Shown in pieces: positions 19,588 through 30,400 of a DNA stretch of 64,000 nucleotides. A program made the translations under genes and the position numbers. Numbering within the stretch: the first letter of the stretch is position 1; every line of letters starts with the position of its first letter. The notes below the pieces were generated by a model that saw only the letters and a list, made by a program, of their open reading frames with translations, was not told the origin of the DNA and ran no database searches. Source of the DNA: Rhodothermales bacterium (GTDB taxonomy: Bacteria; Bacteroidota; Rhodothermia; Rhodothermales; Bin80); NCBI GenBank assembly GCA_028278205.1, contig JANQES010000045.1:16319-80318 (forward strand), given 5' to 3'.

Positions 19588-19933
19588 GGGTGCGTCACGT
19601 GGGTTTGGGGGGTGGCTATGGGGGTCAGGCCTTATGTGAATGACGGCACGTCTCGTGCATCAGTTCCCAAAACACGGGTATCGTTACAATAAGAGGACAG
19701 CTATCCCCTTGTTGAGGTGGTATACCTGACACCTTTGCCAGGGACACCACGCCCGTCTGTGTGGGAAGAATCCTTACAAGCCTTACAACAACCAGCGCCA
19801 GCGGGAAGTGAATCTGCGGGAGATTGGGGGACGACTTCAATTCCGCTGTTTACCTAGGTAAGAAAAAGAAAGGCGCAATACAAGACCCTGAAATGCTTTA
19901 CATCGCGGTGTAAGCGTTTACAATGGTGAAAAA

Positions 19934-20671
19934 CTAGTCCAGCGCCATGGGGAACGACGGCGAGGGGTGCGCCGCCACTGTCTGCACGAAGCCCCCCTCC
20001 ACCCGATACCACCCCTGAAACGTCTGGCCTCGCTCGTTAAAAAAAACAACCAGCGGACGCCACGTCGTGGTTTTTTGGGGCGCGGCAAGATTCACCACGA
20101 CGCTTCGGGTATCCAGGCGCAGCCCTTCGCGGAGGGCTTTCAGAGCGCTCTCTTTGGCACTCCAGATAAGATTAGCCAGCCACGCCCGATCCGCCGCCGC
20201 CGCACCTTCGACGAGGGCCTGTTCTTCCGGCGTGAAATAATCGCTCACGAACGCCGGGCTGCGCGGCTCGATTTTTTCCAGATCACATCCTAACGCCACG
20301 CTGCCGGGCGCGACGACGCAGAACGCCTGCCCCCCGCTGTGGCTGATCGACAGGGTGAACGGGGCTGGCTCGTCATCCACAAAAACCTCCGGCGCCCCGT
20401 CTTCGGCAGCGCGGATGGCTATCGATGACAGAGCCGGCTGAGCAGCGGCCTCGGCGAGGCAGGCGACCAGGGCTTGCTTGGCGGCATAGCGGCCCAGCCG
20501 CCACTCGGCGCGGCGCTTCGGAAAACGCAAGCCGGCCAACACCGCCGCCTCATCCGGCGCCATCCACGCGTTGTCTTCGGGAAGGTCTGCCGCATTCCAG
20601 GTCAGCGTGTAGACGGGTGTTTGCTTGCCGGGGATAGCCCGTTGTGCCATCATCTCTGGCGTGTGTGCCAC
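19934..20671 (-). CDS. 4'-phosphopantetheinyl transferase (Sfp type)
   Basis: Contains SISHSGG and the C-terminal signature WSAKESALKALREGL. Adjacent to a multi-ACP megasynthase. Confidence 0.82.
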   Translation of the reverse strand: MAHTPEMMAQRAIPGKQTPVYTLTWNAADLPEDNAWMAPDEAAVLAGLRFPKRRAEWRLGRYAAKQALVACLAEAAAQPALSSIAIRAAEDGAPEVFVDDEPAPFTLSISHSGGQAFCVVAPGSVALGCDLEKIEPRSPAFVSDYFTPEEQALVEGAAAADRAWLANLIWSAKESALKALREGLRLDTRSVVVNLAAPQKTTTWRPLVVFFNERGQTFQGWYRVEGGFVQTVAAHPSPSFPMALD

Positions 20672-20679
20672 GATTAACC

Positions 20680-20765
20680 AGGAAAGGAAGAGAGGGAGAA
20701 AGGGCGAGAGGGCGATTTGTTCTTTTCACCCTTTCCCCCTCTCTCCCACTCCCCCTCTCACTCAC
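20680..20765. repeat. purine-rich/pyrimidine-rich (GAGGG-type) palindromic element
   Basis: ggaaaggaagagagggagaaagggcgagagggcg pairs with caccctttccccctctctcccactccccctctcactc. A related copy lies at 50776-50860. Confidence 0.8.
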
Positions 20766-23700
20766 TCAGAGCAGGCGAGGCATCCATCTGGTCGAGCACC
20801 CGCGCCATGCCGCGTTCGACGGCGTCGATGAGGTAGGGGCGCAGCGTTTCGGGCGGGATGATGTGCTGCACCGACCCCACCTTCTGCGCGCGGTGGACGC
20901 TGTGGATGCCGTCGAACTCGTCGGCCACCTGGCCGAGTTTTTCGGAGTGGATCTCGTGGAAGAGTTCCTCGCGGCGTGTTTGCAGGCGCACCTTCTCGGC
21001 GCCTTCGGCCTGCTTGATCTCTTCGTCGAGCGCGCGCAGGCGCGTGTCGGCGAGGGCGCGTTTTTTCACCTCGCGTGCAAAGACCACCGCCGCTGCCGGC
21101 GCCCCGCCGATGACCGACGCATAGGTGCCCTCCAAAGCGACAATCTCCATGTTCTCGTTGAGCGCGTTCGAGAAGACCACGAAAGCGCCGCCGTGATAGC
21201 GCGAGATCACACAGAAGATAATCGGCCCTTTGAAGTTGACCACCGCGCGCCCGATCTCGGCGCCGTATTCGAGCTGCCAACTCCGCAGTGACTCTGGCGA
21301 ACCGTCGAAGCCTGACAGGTTGGCCAGCACCACGACCGGGCGATTGCCCGAAGCCGCGTTGATGGCCCGCGCCACCTTCTTCGACGAACGCGGGAAGAGC
21401 GTCCCGCCCGTCCACACGTCCGGGCCATCGGCTGGGATAAAGCCGAAGCGCGAGAGCGGGCGCGACTCCAGGCCGAGCAGACACACCGGGTAGCCGCCGA
21501 TGTGAGCGTCCCACACCACCGCGATCTCGGCATCCTCCATCCCGTACCAGCGTTCCAGCGGCTCATGATCCTGATCGACACAGGCCTTCATGATGCGGCG
21601 CACGTCAAAGGGTTTCTTCCGTCCGGGGTTCTTCTCATCGGAGAAGACCTCGCCGATCTGGCCGAAGCTGATGCCGTTGACACGACCGTGCTCGTAGGTG
21701 CGCACATCGCGGGCGGTGGGGTCGTCGGTGTCGGCGCGGCGGGGGAAGCGCTCGCCGGGCACGACGTAGGTGTGATCGTAGTAGCGCAGCAGGATGTGGC
21801 AGGCTTCGGTGATGTCGCGGGCGAAGTACTGCGCCTGGCCGTTGGGCCCCATGATGCGCTCGTAGCCGCCGATGCCCAGGTTATCCTCGGCAGAGACGCC
21901 GCCGGAATAGTCGAGCGCCTGCTTGCCGGTGAGCACCATCGCAGCATCGGCGGTCATGATCAGGATGCCGCGCGTGTGCATGAGCATCGTTGCCTCGGCG
22001 TTCCAGTAGGGCTGCGCGCCGACGTTGATGCCGATGATGATGATGTTGACCTCGCCGCCGCCCTGCGTGAACTCGACCAGCCGCCGGAGCACCAACGCGA
22101 TCCAGTCCATGTTCTCGGTGCCGCTATCCATGGCGATCTTGGCGCCGGCAGAGACGGCGAACCATTCCAGCGGGATGTCTTTTTCCTTGGCCAGGCGCAT
22201 CGCCTCGTTGATGCGGCGGCATTCGGCCTCAGCGAGGTTGCCCATACCCCGGCTCGGATCACCCAGAATAATCACCCGCTCCATCCCGTCGGGATATTTG
22301 GCAGTGTAGTTGCGGATGGTCCCGACGACGACGTTGGTGGTGTTCTGCCCGGCGGGCCGGTCTACCGGCACGAGCACGTTGTTTTCGTCGAGATCGTATT
22401 CGGCGAACGAGCCGGGCGGCAGCCCCGTCGGCGCGCCTTCGCGCTGGGGCGTGAACATTTTGATGAGTTCGTAGGGATAGACGAGCCCGCGCCGCTTGAG
22501 CCGGAGCACCTGTTGCTCATAGGCACTCAACGGCGCCAGCGGCTCCTCGGTCGGCTCGTCGAAGCTCGTCACGACGCCGCTATCGCCGATGTTGGAGATG
22601 GTGATGACGATGTCGCGGGCCTCTTTCGTCTCCGTCTTCGGCAGCGTAGCGTGTACTTCGATGGCTTCGATGCCGAGGCCTTCGGTAGCAGGAGCCAGCC
22701 GGTGGACGATGTGGTTGAACTCGTCGCTTCGAAGCGCGATGGGCGGCCAGATGTAGAGCAAGATCCGGTTCCAATGCAGCCGCCTGCGGGGCGGGCGCTG
22801 GGCCTGGAAGTGCCGGAAGCCAGCCAGCACCTCACTGAGCATCCGTTCGAGGTGCGGCAGTTGAACGACCCGGCCCGAGGCATCGCGCACGGGGGTCATG
22901 TCGCGGATCTCGGCCACGCCGAAGAGCCGTTCGTCCTGCGGATTGTCCCGCGCCACGCCGCGCATCAGGTAGACGTCTTCAGGCGAGGACAGGCGTTCGA
23001 TGTCGAAGTTTTGGAGCCGCCACAGGTTGAGGCGTTTGGCCATCATCGGGTGGAGGCCCCGGTGCAAGACACCTTTGAAGGATTTCTCTTCCCAGTAGCC
23101 GTCTTCCGAAGGACGGATGGTGAAGTGCTGCGTGCCGCCGATGCCCATGCCGCTCTCCGGCCCGGAGAGCGCCACGACGATCCGCCGGAGGCCGCGCGGG
23201 CAGGCGCTATCGTTGAAGACAGCCAGCACCTCCTGCAAGGTCTCTTCCGAGTCGCCGAGCGGGCCGTCTTTCCACAGATAGAAATCGACCACGATGTCGT
23301 GATCTTCGGGCAACGTCTCGACCATCGGGCACAACATCACAGCGGCATGGGCCAGCCCCTCGTAGGGCGCATGCGTGGTGATGGTGTGGACGTGTTTGCC
23401 CTCGTGATCGTATTCCGCCATCACGAAATGCTTGCCTTCTATCGTTTTGGCCTGAACGTTTTCGAGCGAACGGATCCGGTAGTACCGCCGGGTGATGACC
23501 TCCAGCATGATCGCCCCCAGCGCCGACGACGCCGTCTCGAACCGGCTCGAAAGCAGGCTCTTGAGCGGCTGCGGGCACCGCACGAGCGCTTCGATTCGCG
23601 CGGCGCGGTCCGGGGCGTCGGGATGTTCTTCGAGATAGGCCAGGTGGGCGACAGCTTCGGTATAGGCTTCGCGGCGTGCTTGCTCCAGCAGCGGCTGCGC

Positions 23701-26367
23701 GTAGAGCCGGTAGCGCACCTCACGAGCGAGGTCGTTGATGGCCGGGAAGCTCCCCTGCGTCTCGGCGATGACCCGGTCGAGCAAGGCCCGGTGGTCTTCG
23801 TCGGCAAACTCGGCCAGCGCGTCGCGATGATCCAGGTGGCGCTGGAGGATGCTCAGAACGGCGCCTACCTGCTGCGCCATCCGCTGATGGCTCTTGCCGA
23901 TGCGGAAGAGGCTCTCCTCCAGCTTCGGCGACCGGTCCAGGCTGTCGACGTCGTAATGGGCCAGCATGCGTTCGAGCTTCTCGATGAAGCCGGCGGGCAG
24001 CTTTTCGCCCTTGGCGTCGAGGTCGCGCAGGTAGGTGAAGAGGTATTCTTCGGTGCTGCGCCGGCTGAGCGCCTCATCGCCGCCGGGCTGGCGCTGGTGG
24101 AGGGCGCTGATGTCGACGAAGATGTTGAGAATGGCTGCCTCGCTACGCCACATGACGGCGTCGTCCGGGGCCAGGCAATCACAGATCATCCCGCGTTGAG
24201 AGAGCGCGCGCTGCATCTCGTCCGGATCGACGTCGTAGCCCAGCATCAGGCTTTCGACCTCTGCAAAATTACGGCGGCATCGCGCGATGAGGCTCTCTTC
24301 GCGCTGCGACACAGGCACGCCAAGCGCGTCGAACGACACTTTCCCCGCGTGCGCGGCGCCGCCTGCTTCTTCGGCAGGCTCGACCAGCAGCAGTGGCGCG
24401 CCGGCAGGCACCTGCACGTTGCTGCGCACCAGCACTTCGCGCACCCGTCCGGGGAACGTCGCCAGCACCGACAGTTCCATCTTCATCGCTTCGAGCACCA
24501 CCAGCCGGTCGCCCACCGAGACCTCGTCGCCCTCTTTGACGCCCACCGAGACGACGACTGCCGGCGACGGCGCGCGGATCGTGCCGCCCTCGTCGCGCGA
24601 GATGCGATGCGGCAGGCCGTTGACTTCGACGAAATGCGTCACGCCGTGTACGCGCGAGAGCACGCGGAAGGGATGCCCGCCGCACGTCAAACGCCGCTCG
24701 ATCTTGCCGATCTGCTCGACCACCACGTCGATGCGGCGGCTGTCTACGTCGATGTGATACTCGCGCGGGCCTTGACGATAGACGTAAAGCTTGTAGGTCT
24801 GCCCTTGATAGCCCAGATCGATCTCGCGCCCGATCTCGCCTTTGACTTCGGGCCGTCCCCGCGAGGCCGAAGCGTAAAACTGTGCTTTTTCGACATCGAC
24901 CTCGGCTTCGTAGGCTTCGATGGCAGCGGCCAGCAAGGCTACTTCGGCGTGACGATGCGAGAGGTGCCCGCCTTCGGCCACGAGCCGGTCGAGCCAGCCG
25001 ACGTCGAAGATGCCTTCCTGCACTTCGGGATAGTCGAGCAATTCGAGCAGGAAGCCTTTGTTGCTCATCCCGCCCCGGATGATGACGGCGGCTTCCTCCA
25101 GGCCGCGCTTGAGCCGGGCCAGCGCTTCGGCGCGGCTCTGCCCGTGCGCGAGGAACTTGGCGATCATCGAATCGAACTCAGGCGGCACCACGTCGCCCTC
25201 TTCGACGCCCCGGTCTACGCGGATGCCCGGCCCCGTCGGCAGGCGCAGGTACTCGACCGTGCCGGGCGCCGGCGCGAAGCGGTTGGCCGGATCTTCGGCG
25301 TTGAGACGCACCTCGATGGCACAGCCGTTCTGCGGCGGCGGCTCGCCTTCGAGCAACCCGCCGCGCGCCACGTGAATCTGAAGTTTGACGAGGTCCACGC
25401 CGGTGGTCATCTCCGTGACGGGATGCTCCACCTGAAGCCGCGCATTAACCTCCATGAACGAAAACGCCTCGCTGTCGGGATCATACAAAAACTCGACCGT
25501 CCCCGCGTTTTGATAGCCGACGACCTGGCCGAGCCGCACCGCCGCCGCGCGCAACATCGCATCTTGCTCTTCGGTCAGCACGGGCGAGGGCGATTCTTCG
25601 AGGATCTTCTGATGACGGCGTTGCAACGAGCAGTCGCGCACGCCGAGGCCCCAGGCGTTGCCTGCGCCGTCGGCGATCATCTGGACTTCGATGTGACGGG
25701 CGCCGGCCATGAGGCGCTCCATGAAGACCGTGGCATCGCCGAAGCCTTTGAGCGCTTCGGCCCGCGCGCTCTCGAAGGCTTCTACCAGATCGCCGTCGTT
25801 ATAGACTTTGCGGATGCCGCGCCCGCCGCCGCCGGCGGTGGCTTTGACCATGAGCGGATAGCCGAGCCGCTTCGCATGCGCCTTCGCATCTTCGAGCGTC
25901 TCGACCGGCCCGCCGCTCCACGGCGCCACCGGCACCTCGGCCTCTTCGGCCTTGAGCTTCGAGGTGATCTTGTCGCCGAGCTGGCGCATCACATCACCCG
26001 AAGGACCGATGAAGACGATGCCGAGGCGTTCGCACAAATCGGCGAAAGCAGCGTGTTCAGCCACAAAACCCCACCCGACCCAGACGGCTTCGGCGCGGCT
26101 CTTGACCAGCGCGCGTTCCAGTTCCTTGTAGTCGAGGTACCGGTTTTTGCTGGCCCCGTCTTTTTCGTCGACGAAGATGGCCGAGCCCAGGTTGACGGCT
26201 TCGTCGGCCTCGCGCACGAACATGGCGCGGCGGTCCGGTTCGGTGTAGAGGGCGATGGTGCGGATGGAAGTGTTATACTCCCGGTTGTACTCGCGCACCG
26301 CGTGGATCAGCCGCATGGCCGGCTCCCCACGATTGACAATAGCGATCCGCTCAAAATCCCGTCGCAT
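20758..26367 (-). CDS. single-chain multidomain biotin-dependent acyl-CoA carboxylase (BC-BCCP-central-CT)
   Basis: 1869 aa. N-terminal biotin carboxylase (IAIVNRGEPAMRLIHA, ATP-grasp). Biotinyl site VLEAMKMEL encoded near 24474-24500. C-terminal carboxyltransferase region. Confidence 0.88.
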   Translation of the reverse strand: MRRDFERIAIVNRGEPAMRLIHAVREYNREYNTSIRTIALYTEPDRRAMFVREADEAVNLGSAIFVDEKDGASKNRYLDYKELERALVKSRAEAVWVGWGFVAEHAAFADLCERLGIVFIGPSGDVMRQLGDKITSKLKAEEAEVPVAPWSGGPVETLEDAKAHAKRLGYPLMVKATAGGGGRGIRKVYNDGDLVEAFESARAEALKGFGDATVFMERLMAGARHIEVQMIADGAGNAWGLGVRDCSLQRRHQKILEESPSPVLTEEQDAMLRAAAVRLGQVVGYQNAGTVEFLYDPDSEAFSFMEVNARLQVEHPVTEMTTGVDLVKLQIHVARGGLLEGEPPPQNGCAIEVRLNAEDPANRFAPAPGTVEYLRLPTGPGIRVDRGVEEGDVVPPEFDSMIAKFLAHGQSRAEALARLKRGLEEAAVIIRGGMSNKGFLLELLDYPEVQEGIFDVGWLDRLVAEGGHLSHRHAEVALLAAAIEAYEAEVDVEKAQFYASASRGRPEVKGEIGREIDLGYQGQTYKLYVYRQGPREYHIDVDSRRIDVVVEQIGKIERRLTCGGHPFRVLSRVHGVTHFVEVNGLPHRISRDEGGTIRAPSPAVVVSVGVKEGDEVSVGDRLVVLEAMKMELSVLATFPGRVREVLVRSNVQVPAGAPLLLVEPAEEAGGAAHAGKVSFDALGVPVSQREESLIARCRRNFAEVESLMLGYDVDPDEMQRALSQRGMICDCLAPDDAVMWRSEAAILNIFVDISALHQRQPGGDEALSRRSTEEYLFTYLRDLDAKGEKLPAGFIEKLERMLAHYDVDSLDRSPKLEESLFRIGKSHQRMAQQVGAVLSILQRHLDHRDALAEFADEDHRALLDRVIAETQGSFPAINDLAREVRYRLYAQPLLEQARREAYTEAVAHLAYLEEHPDAPDRAARIEALVRCPQPLKSLLSSRFETASSALGAIMLEVITRRYYRIRSLENVQAKTIEGKHFVMAEYDHEGKHVHTITTHAPYEGLAHAAVMLCPMVETLPEDHDIVVDFYLWKDGPLGDSEETLQEVLAVFNDSACPRGLRRIVVALSGPESGMGIGGTQHFTIRPSEDGYWEEKSFKGVLHRGLHPMMAKRLNLWRLQNFDIERLSSPEDVYLMRGVARDNPQDERLFGVAEIRDMTPVRDASGRVVQLPHLERMLSEVLAGFRHFQAQRPPRRRLHWNRILLYIWPPIALRSDEFNHIVHRLAPATEGLGIEAIEVHATLPKTETKEARDIVITISNIGDSGVVTSFDEPTEEPLAPLSAYEQQVLRLKRRGLVYPYELIKMFTPQREGAPTGLPPGSFAEYDLDENNVLVPVDRPAGQNTTNVVVGTIRNYTAKYPDGMERVIILGDPSRGMGNLAEAECRRINEAMRLAKEKDIPLEWFAVSAGAKIAMDSGTENMDWIALVLRRLVEFTQGGGEVNIIIIGINVGAQPYWNAEATMLMHTRGILIMTADAAMVLTGKQALDYSGGVSAEDNLGIGGYERIMGPNGQAQYFARDITEACHILLRYYDHTYVVPGERFPRRADTDDPTARDVRTYEHGRVNGISFGQIGEVFSDEKNPGRKKPFDVRRIMKACVDQDHEPLERWYGMEDAEIAVVWDAHIGGYPVCLLGLESRPLSRFGFIPADGPDVWTGGTLFPRSSKKVARAINAASGNRPVVVLANLSGFDGSPESLRSWQLEYGAEIGRAVVNFKGPIIFCVISRYHGGAFVVFSNALNENMEIVALEGTYASVIGGAPAAAVVFAREVKKRALADTRLRALDEEIKQAEGAEKVRLQTRREELFHEIHSEKLGQVADEFDGIHSVHRAQKVGSVQHIIPPETLRPYLIDAVERGMARVLDQMDASPALSE

Positions 26368-26370
26368 GGC

Positions 26371-26479
26371 GATTTTGGATTTTAGATTTTGGATTTTGGA
26401 TTTGGAATCGGGATTGCGGATTCCGGACAGCTTGATTCAATCAAACCAATCCAAAATCCGCAATCCAAAATCCAAAATT
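26371..26479. repeat. GGATTTT-armed hairpin element between megasynthase and carboxylase genes
   Basis: gattttggattttagattttggattttggatttggaatcgggattgcggattcc pairs with ccaatccaaaatccgcaatccaaaatccaaaat. It occupies the whole 110-bp spacer within a same-strand gene pair. Confidence 0.85.
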
Positions 26480-27400
26480 AAGACATGGCAGCCTGAAGCG
26501 GCTTCAACGCTTCGGCTTCGACGCCGCCGGGTAGTTCGGCGGTGCCGTAGCCTTTGAGCGTCACGAAGACGGCGCCTTTTTCGTCCACCACGCGGGCGTC
26601 GTAGCGGTCGCCTTCGGGTGTGACTACGGCAAAGAGCCGGCCTTTGGCTTTGGCCGGATCGCCGAAGCGCCGGACCTCGTCGATGCGCATCGGCAGGCCC
26701 ATCCGTCCGTGTGTGCCCATCTCCCACATGCCGGCTGTCTGGAAGCAGCTTTCGATGAGGCGCGGGGCCATCACCAGCGGCAGGTCGTCCGGGCTATGGT
26801 TGGCCGGGAGGTCCGCCGGCAACAGGCCCACGACGGTGTCGCCGTCGCGCCAGACGGTTTCCAGCACTTGATAGGCCGGGCCGTGGAAGTAGACGCGGTA
26901 AACGTCGTCTTGCTCGACGGTCGAGCCTTTGGCGGCGGCAGGCGCCTTGGTCTTCCTGGCTTTGGGCGCTTCCTCTGCTAAGCGCACCGTCGCCTTGAAG
27001 TGCGTAGTCGCTTCCGTGCCGCGCGGCAGCTCGCGCACGCCGATCAACCGGCAATCAGCCAGCAATTCGTCGCCGTCGTGGCGAAGCACCGCTTTGACGG
27101 TGACGGTCCTCGGCTCATCGCGGTAGAACTTGAACGGCGCGAGGAAATCGACGTCTTCGATGGCCGCTACGTGCCAGCCGGGGAAGAGCTTCTTAGCAGC
27201 TTCGCCGAAGGCTTCGACGCCCATCACGCCCGGCAGCACCGGGATGCCGTCGATGCGGTGGTCGAAGAGGAACGGCTGTTCGTTCGGGTCGAGCGTCGTC
27301 TCGATGGTCAGACCGTCAAAGAGCATCAGGCCGGTGACCTGCTCCGAGATCGGGCCGAGCGGCTCCGCCTCCAGGGCGTCGAGGTCGAGGCCGCCGGTGG
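26478..27400 (-). other. PKS-type dehydratase (double hot-dog) domain
   Basis: Contains LFDHRIDGIPVLPGVMGVE, with a second hot-dog half ending at the C-terminus. Confidence 0.65.
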
Positions 27401-30400
27401 CGTCCCATTCCTGCACCAGGATGCCGAGTTCCTTGCCGGCCACAAACTCACCGCTCCAGCCGCCCGAGATCAACTCGCGGCGGATGATGGGGATGCCGGC
27501 TTCCGGCGGCAACATGCCGATGCCGGCGGCTTCCATCATCTTGGGAATCGACCCGCGTGTCGCCATGCCGATGCCGCCCCAGGCGGTCCAGTCGATGGCG
27601 ATGCCGCGCGTCTCAGGACGGATCGCGCGGAAGCTCGACGAGGTCTTGCACAGCAGGTCGTTGGCGGCGCTGTAGTCCGTCTGCCCGGCATTGCCGAAGC
27701 GCCCGGCCACCGAGCTAAAGACGACCGCCGCGCCCAGCGGCATTTCGCCGATAGCCTTCAGCAGGCTGAACCAGCCGTCGCTCTTGACGTCGAAGACGAG
27801 GTCGAATTCCTTGCGCTCTTTTTGAGGCAGGAAGCGGCTGATTTCGAGGCCGCCCGCGTGCAGCAGCACGTCGATGCGTCCATGCTGTTCGCGGATCTCG
27901 TCGATCACCTTCGTGAGGCCTTCGGCGTCGAGGAGGTTGACGCTGTGGTAGTGCGCCGTGCCACCGGCTTGCTCGACCGCCTGGATGGCGGCGAGGGCGG
28001 CCTGCGCCCGTTCCAGCTTCGCCAGTTCCTTCTCGACCATCGCGGGCGTGGCCCGTTCGCCGCTGGCTTTGATGCGTTCGAAGATATCGCGCTTCAGCCC
28101 ATCTTTGTCTGTGATGAAGCGTTCGATGTCTGGGTCGGCGGGATCAGGCTTGGGCACCAGATCGAGCAGGTAGAACGTGCCGCTCGATGCCTCAGCGAGA
28201 TCCTGCGTGATGGCCGAGACGATGCTGCCGGCAGCGCCGGTGACAACGAAGATGGTGTCTTTATTGAGATCCAATCCGCCGTCATTCTCCGGAATCGGCT
28301 GCACTTCCAACCCGATGGCGTAGCGCTGGTCGTTTTTGTATCCGACCTCAACGACGCCGGGGTCACGCAGCGTCTCGTCGATAATCAGGTCGGCCAGGGC
28401 TGCGGTCTTGCGGCTCGGCGGGAAGTCTACGGCTTTGCAGAGAACGTCGTTGTGCTCGCGCTTGTACGTCTTCGTGAAGCCTACGACCGGGCCGCCCATC
28501 GGGGCAACGGCGCCGGCTTCGTCGTAGCCGTGCTGCCCGCCCAGGCGCGTAGCCGAGACGAGGAACGTCTCCGCCGTGTTGACCTGCTCGTAGAGCGCGC
28601 GCATCGTGGCGTAGAGCAGCTTGACACGCACGCGCAGCGCCTCGCGCCAACCGTCGAGATCCATCTCGAAGAGCGAGCCTTCGTCGTCGAGCGCCGGCAG
28701 CCAGTAGACGCCGGTCACCGGCGCCTCGCCGCGCCATTCGTCGATCCGCGCGATCAGCGCTTCAGCGTCGGGCGCGTCGTCGATGGCGAGGACGTTCACT
28801 TTGCGCTTCTCCAGCCGGTTGACGAGCGCTTTGCCGACGCCGCCCTGGTCCTTCATCACGACGACGTAGCTGTTTTCGTCGAGCGTCACGCCGGTGGGTT
28901 TGCACAGGTCGAGCGCTGGACGCAGCACCGGCACCGGCACGCGACGCGCAATCGTGGCCGCGTCTTCGAGCGTGCCGACGATGCGCGGTGCCATTACCGG
29001 CGCTTCGGGCGCCGCGACGCCGTCGCCTGCGTGGTCGGCGACGCCGGACGCCAGACTCGGCGCGCGGTCGTGGACGAACTGGATGACGTGCGAGAGCGTC
29101 GGGTAATCGCGCAGTTGCAGGTTGTCGTCCCGTTCGATGTCGTACGCGGCGCGGATGTTGGCGAACATCTCGGCCTGCTTGACCGTGTCGATGCCGAGAT
29201 CAGCTTCGAGGTCGAGATCCAACCCCAGCATGTCCTCCGGATAACCCGTCTGCTCAGCAACGAGTTCGAGCACTTTCGCCGTGACGGGATCTTCGCCCGC
29301 CTCAGCCGGCGTGGCTGCCGGGGCTTCCGGCGCCGCAGCGGGCGCTTCGGGCACCGCAGCCGGAGCCGCCGCAACGGGCGCCGCCGATGGCTTCAGGTCA
29401 GGCCGTTTGTCGTAGACGAACTGAATCGTGTGGGCCAGCGTCGGGAAATCGCGCAATTGCAGGTTCTCATCCCGCTCGATGCCGTATTCCTCACGCACCG
29501 CAGCGAAAAGCTCAGCCTGCTTGACCGTGTCGATGCCCAGATCGGCCTCCAGATCCAGATCCAATTCCAGCATCTCCACCGGATAGCCCGTCTGCTCGGC
29601 GATCAGGTCGAGCACCTTGATCTTGACCGGCTCGTCCACCTCCACCGGCGCGGCTGCCGGAGCGCCGTTGCCTGTCGGCGCAGCGACCGGCGTTTCCGGC
29701 GCAGCAACAGCCGCAGGTGCCTGAGCAGGCGCTGCCGCCGGAGCGGCTGTCGGCGCCAGATCAGGCCGTTTGTCGTAGACGAACTGAATCGTGTGGGCCA
29801 GCGTCGGGAAATCCCGCAGTTGCAGGTTCTCATCCCGCTCGATGCCGTATTCCTCGCGCACCGCAGCGAAAAGCTCAGCCTGCTTGACCGTGTCGATGCC
29901 CAGGTCGGCTTCCAGATCCAGATCCAACTCCAACATATCGACCGGATAGCCTGTCTGCCCGGCGATCAGTTCGAGGACTTTTTCTTTGACGGGATCTTCC
30001 GTCGCCACCGCCGGAGCCGCGACAGGCGCAGGCGCCGGAGCGGGTGCGGCGGCAGGAGCGGAAGCCGCCACCGGCGTCGCGGCGGGCGCCGGTGCGGGTG
30101 CTGCCGTCTTCAGATCAGGTCGTTTGTCGTAGACGAACTGGATCGTGTGGGCCAGCGTCGGGAAATCCCGCAGTTGCAGGTTCTCGTCCCGCTCGATGCC
30201 GTATTCCTCACGAACAGCGGCGAAAAGCTCGGCCTGCTTGACCGTGTCGATGCCCAGGTCGGCTTCCAGGTCGAGGTCCAGATCGAGCATGTCTTCGGGG
30301 TAGCCCGTCTGCTCGGCTACCAGCGCCAGCACTTTCTGCTTGATCGGATCCTCAGCCGTCGCTACTGGAGCAGCAGGTGCCGCAGCGGGAGCCATCGCGC

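Noticed and set aside
21502-26385. 1627-aa ORF on the plus strand
   Set aside because: It is antisense to the carboxylase gene. The translation is Arg/Ala/Gly/His/Asp-rich low-complexity sequence with no motif, whereas the minus strand shows clear BC, BCCP and CT motifs. This is a typical high-GC shadow ORF.
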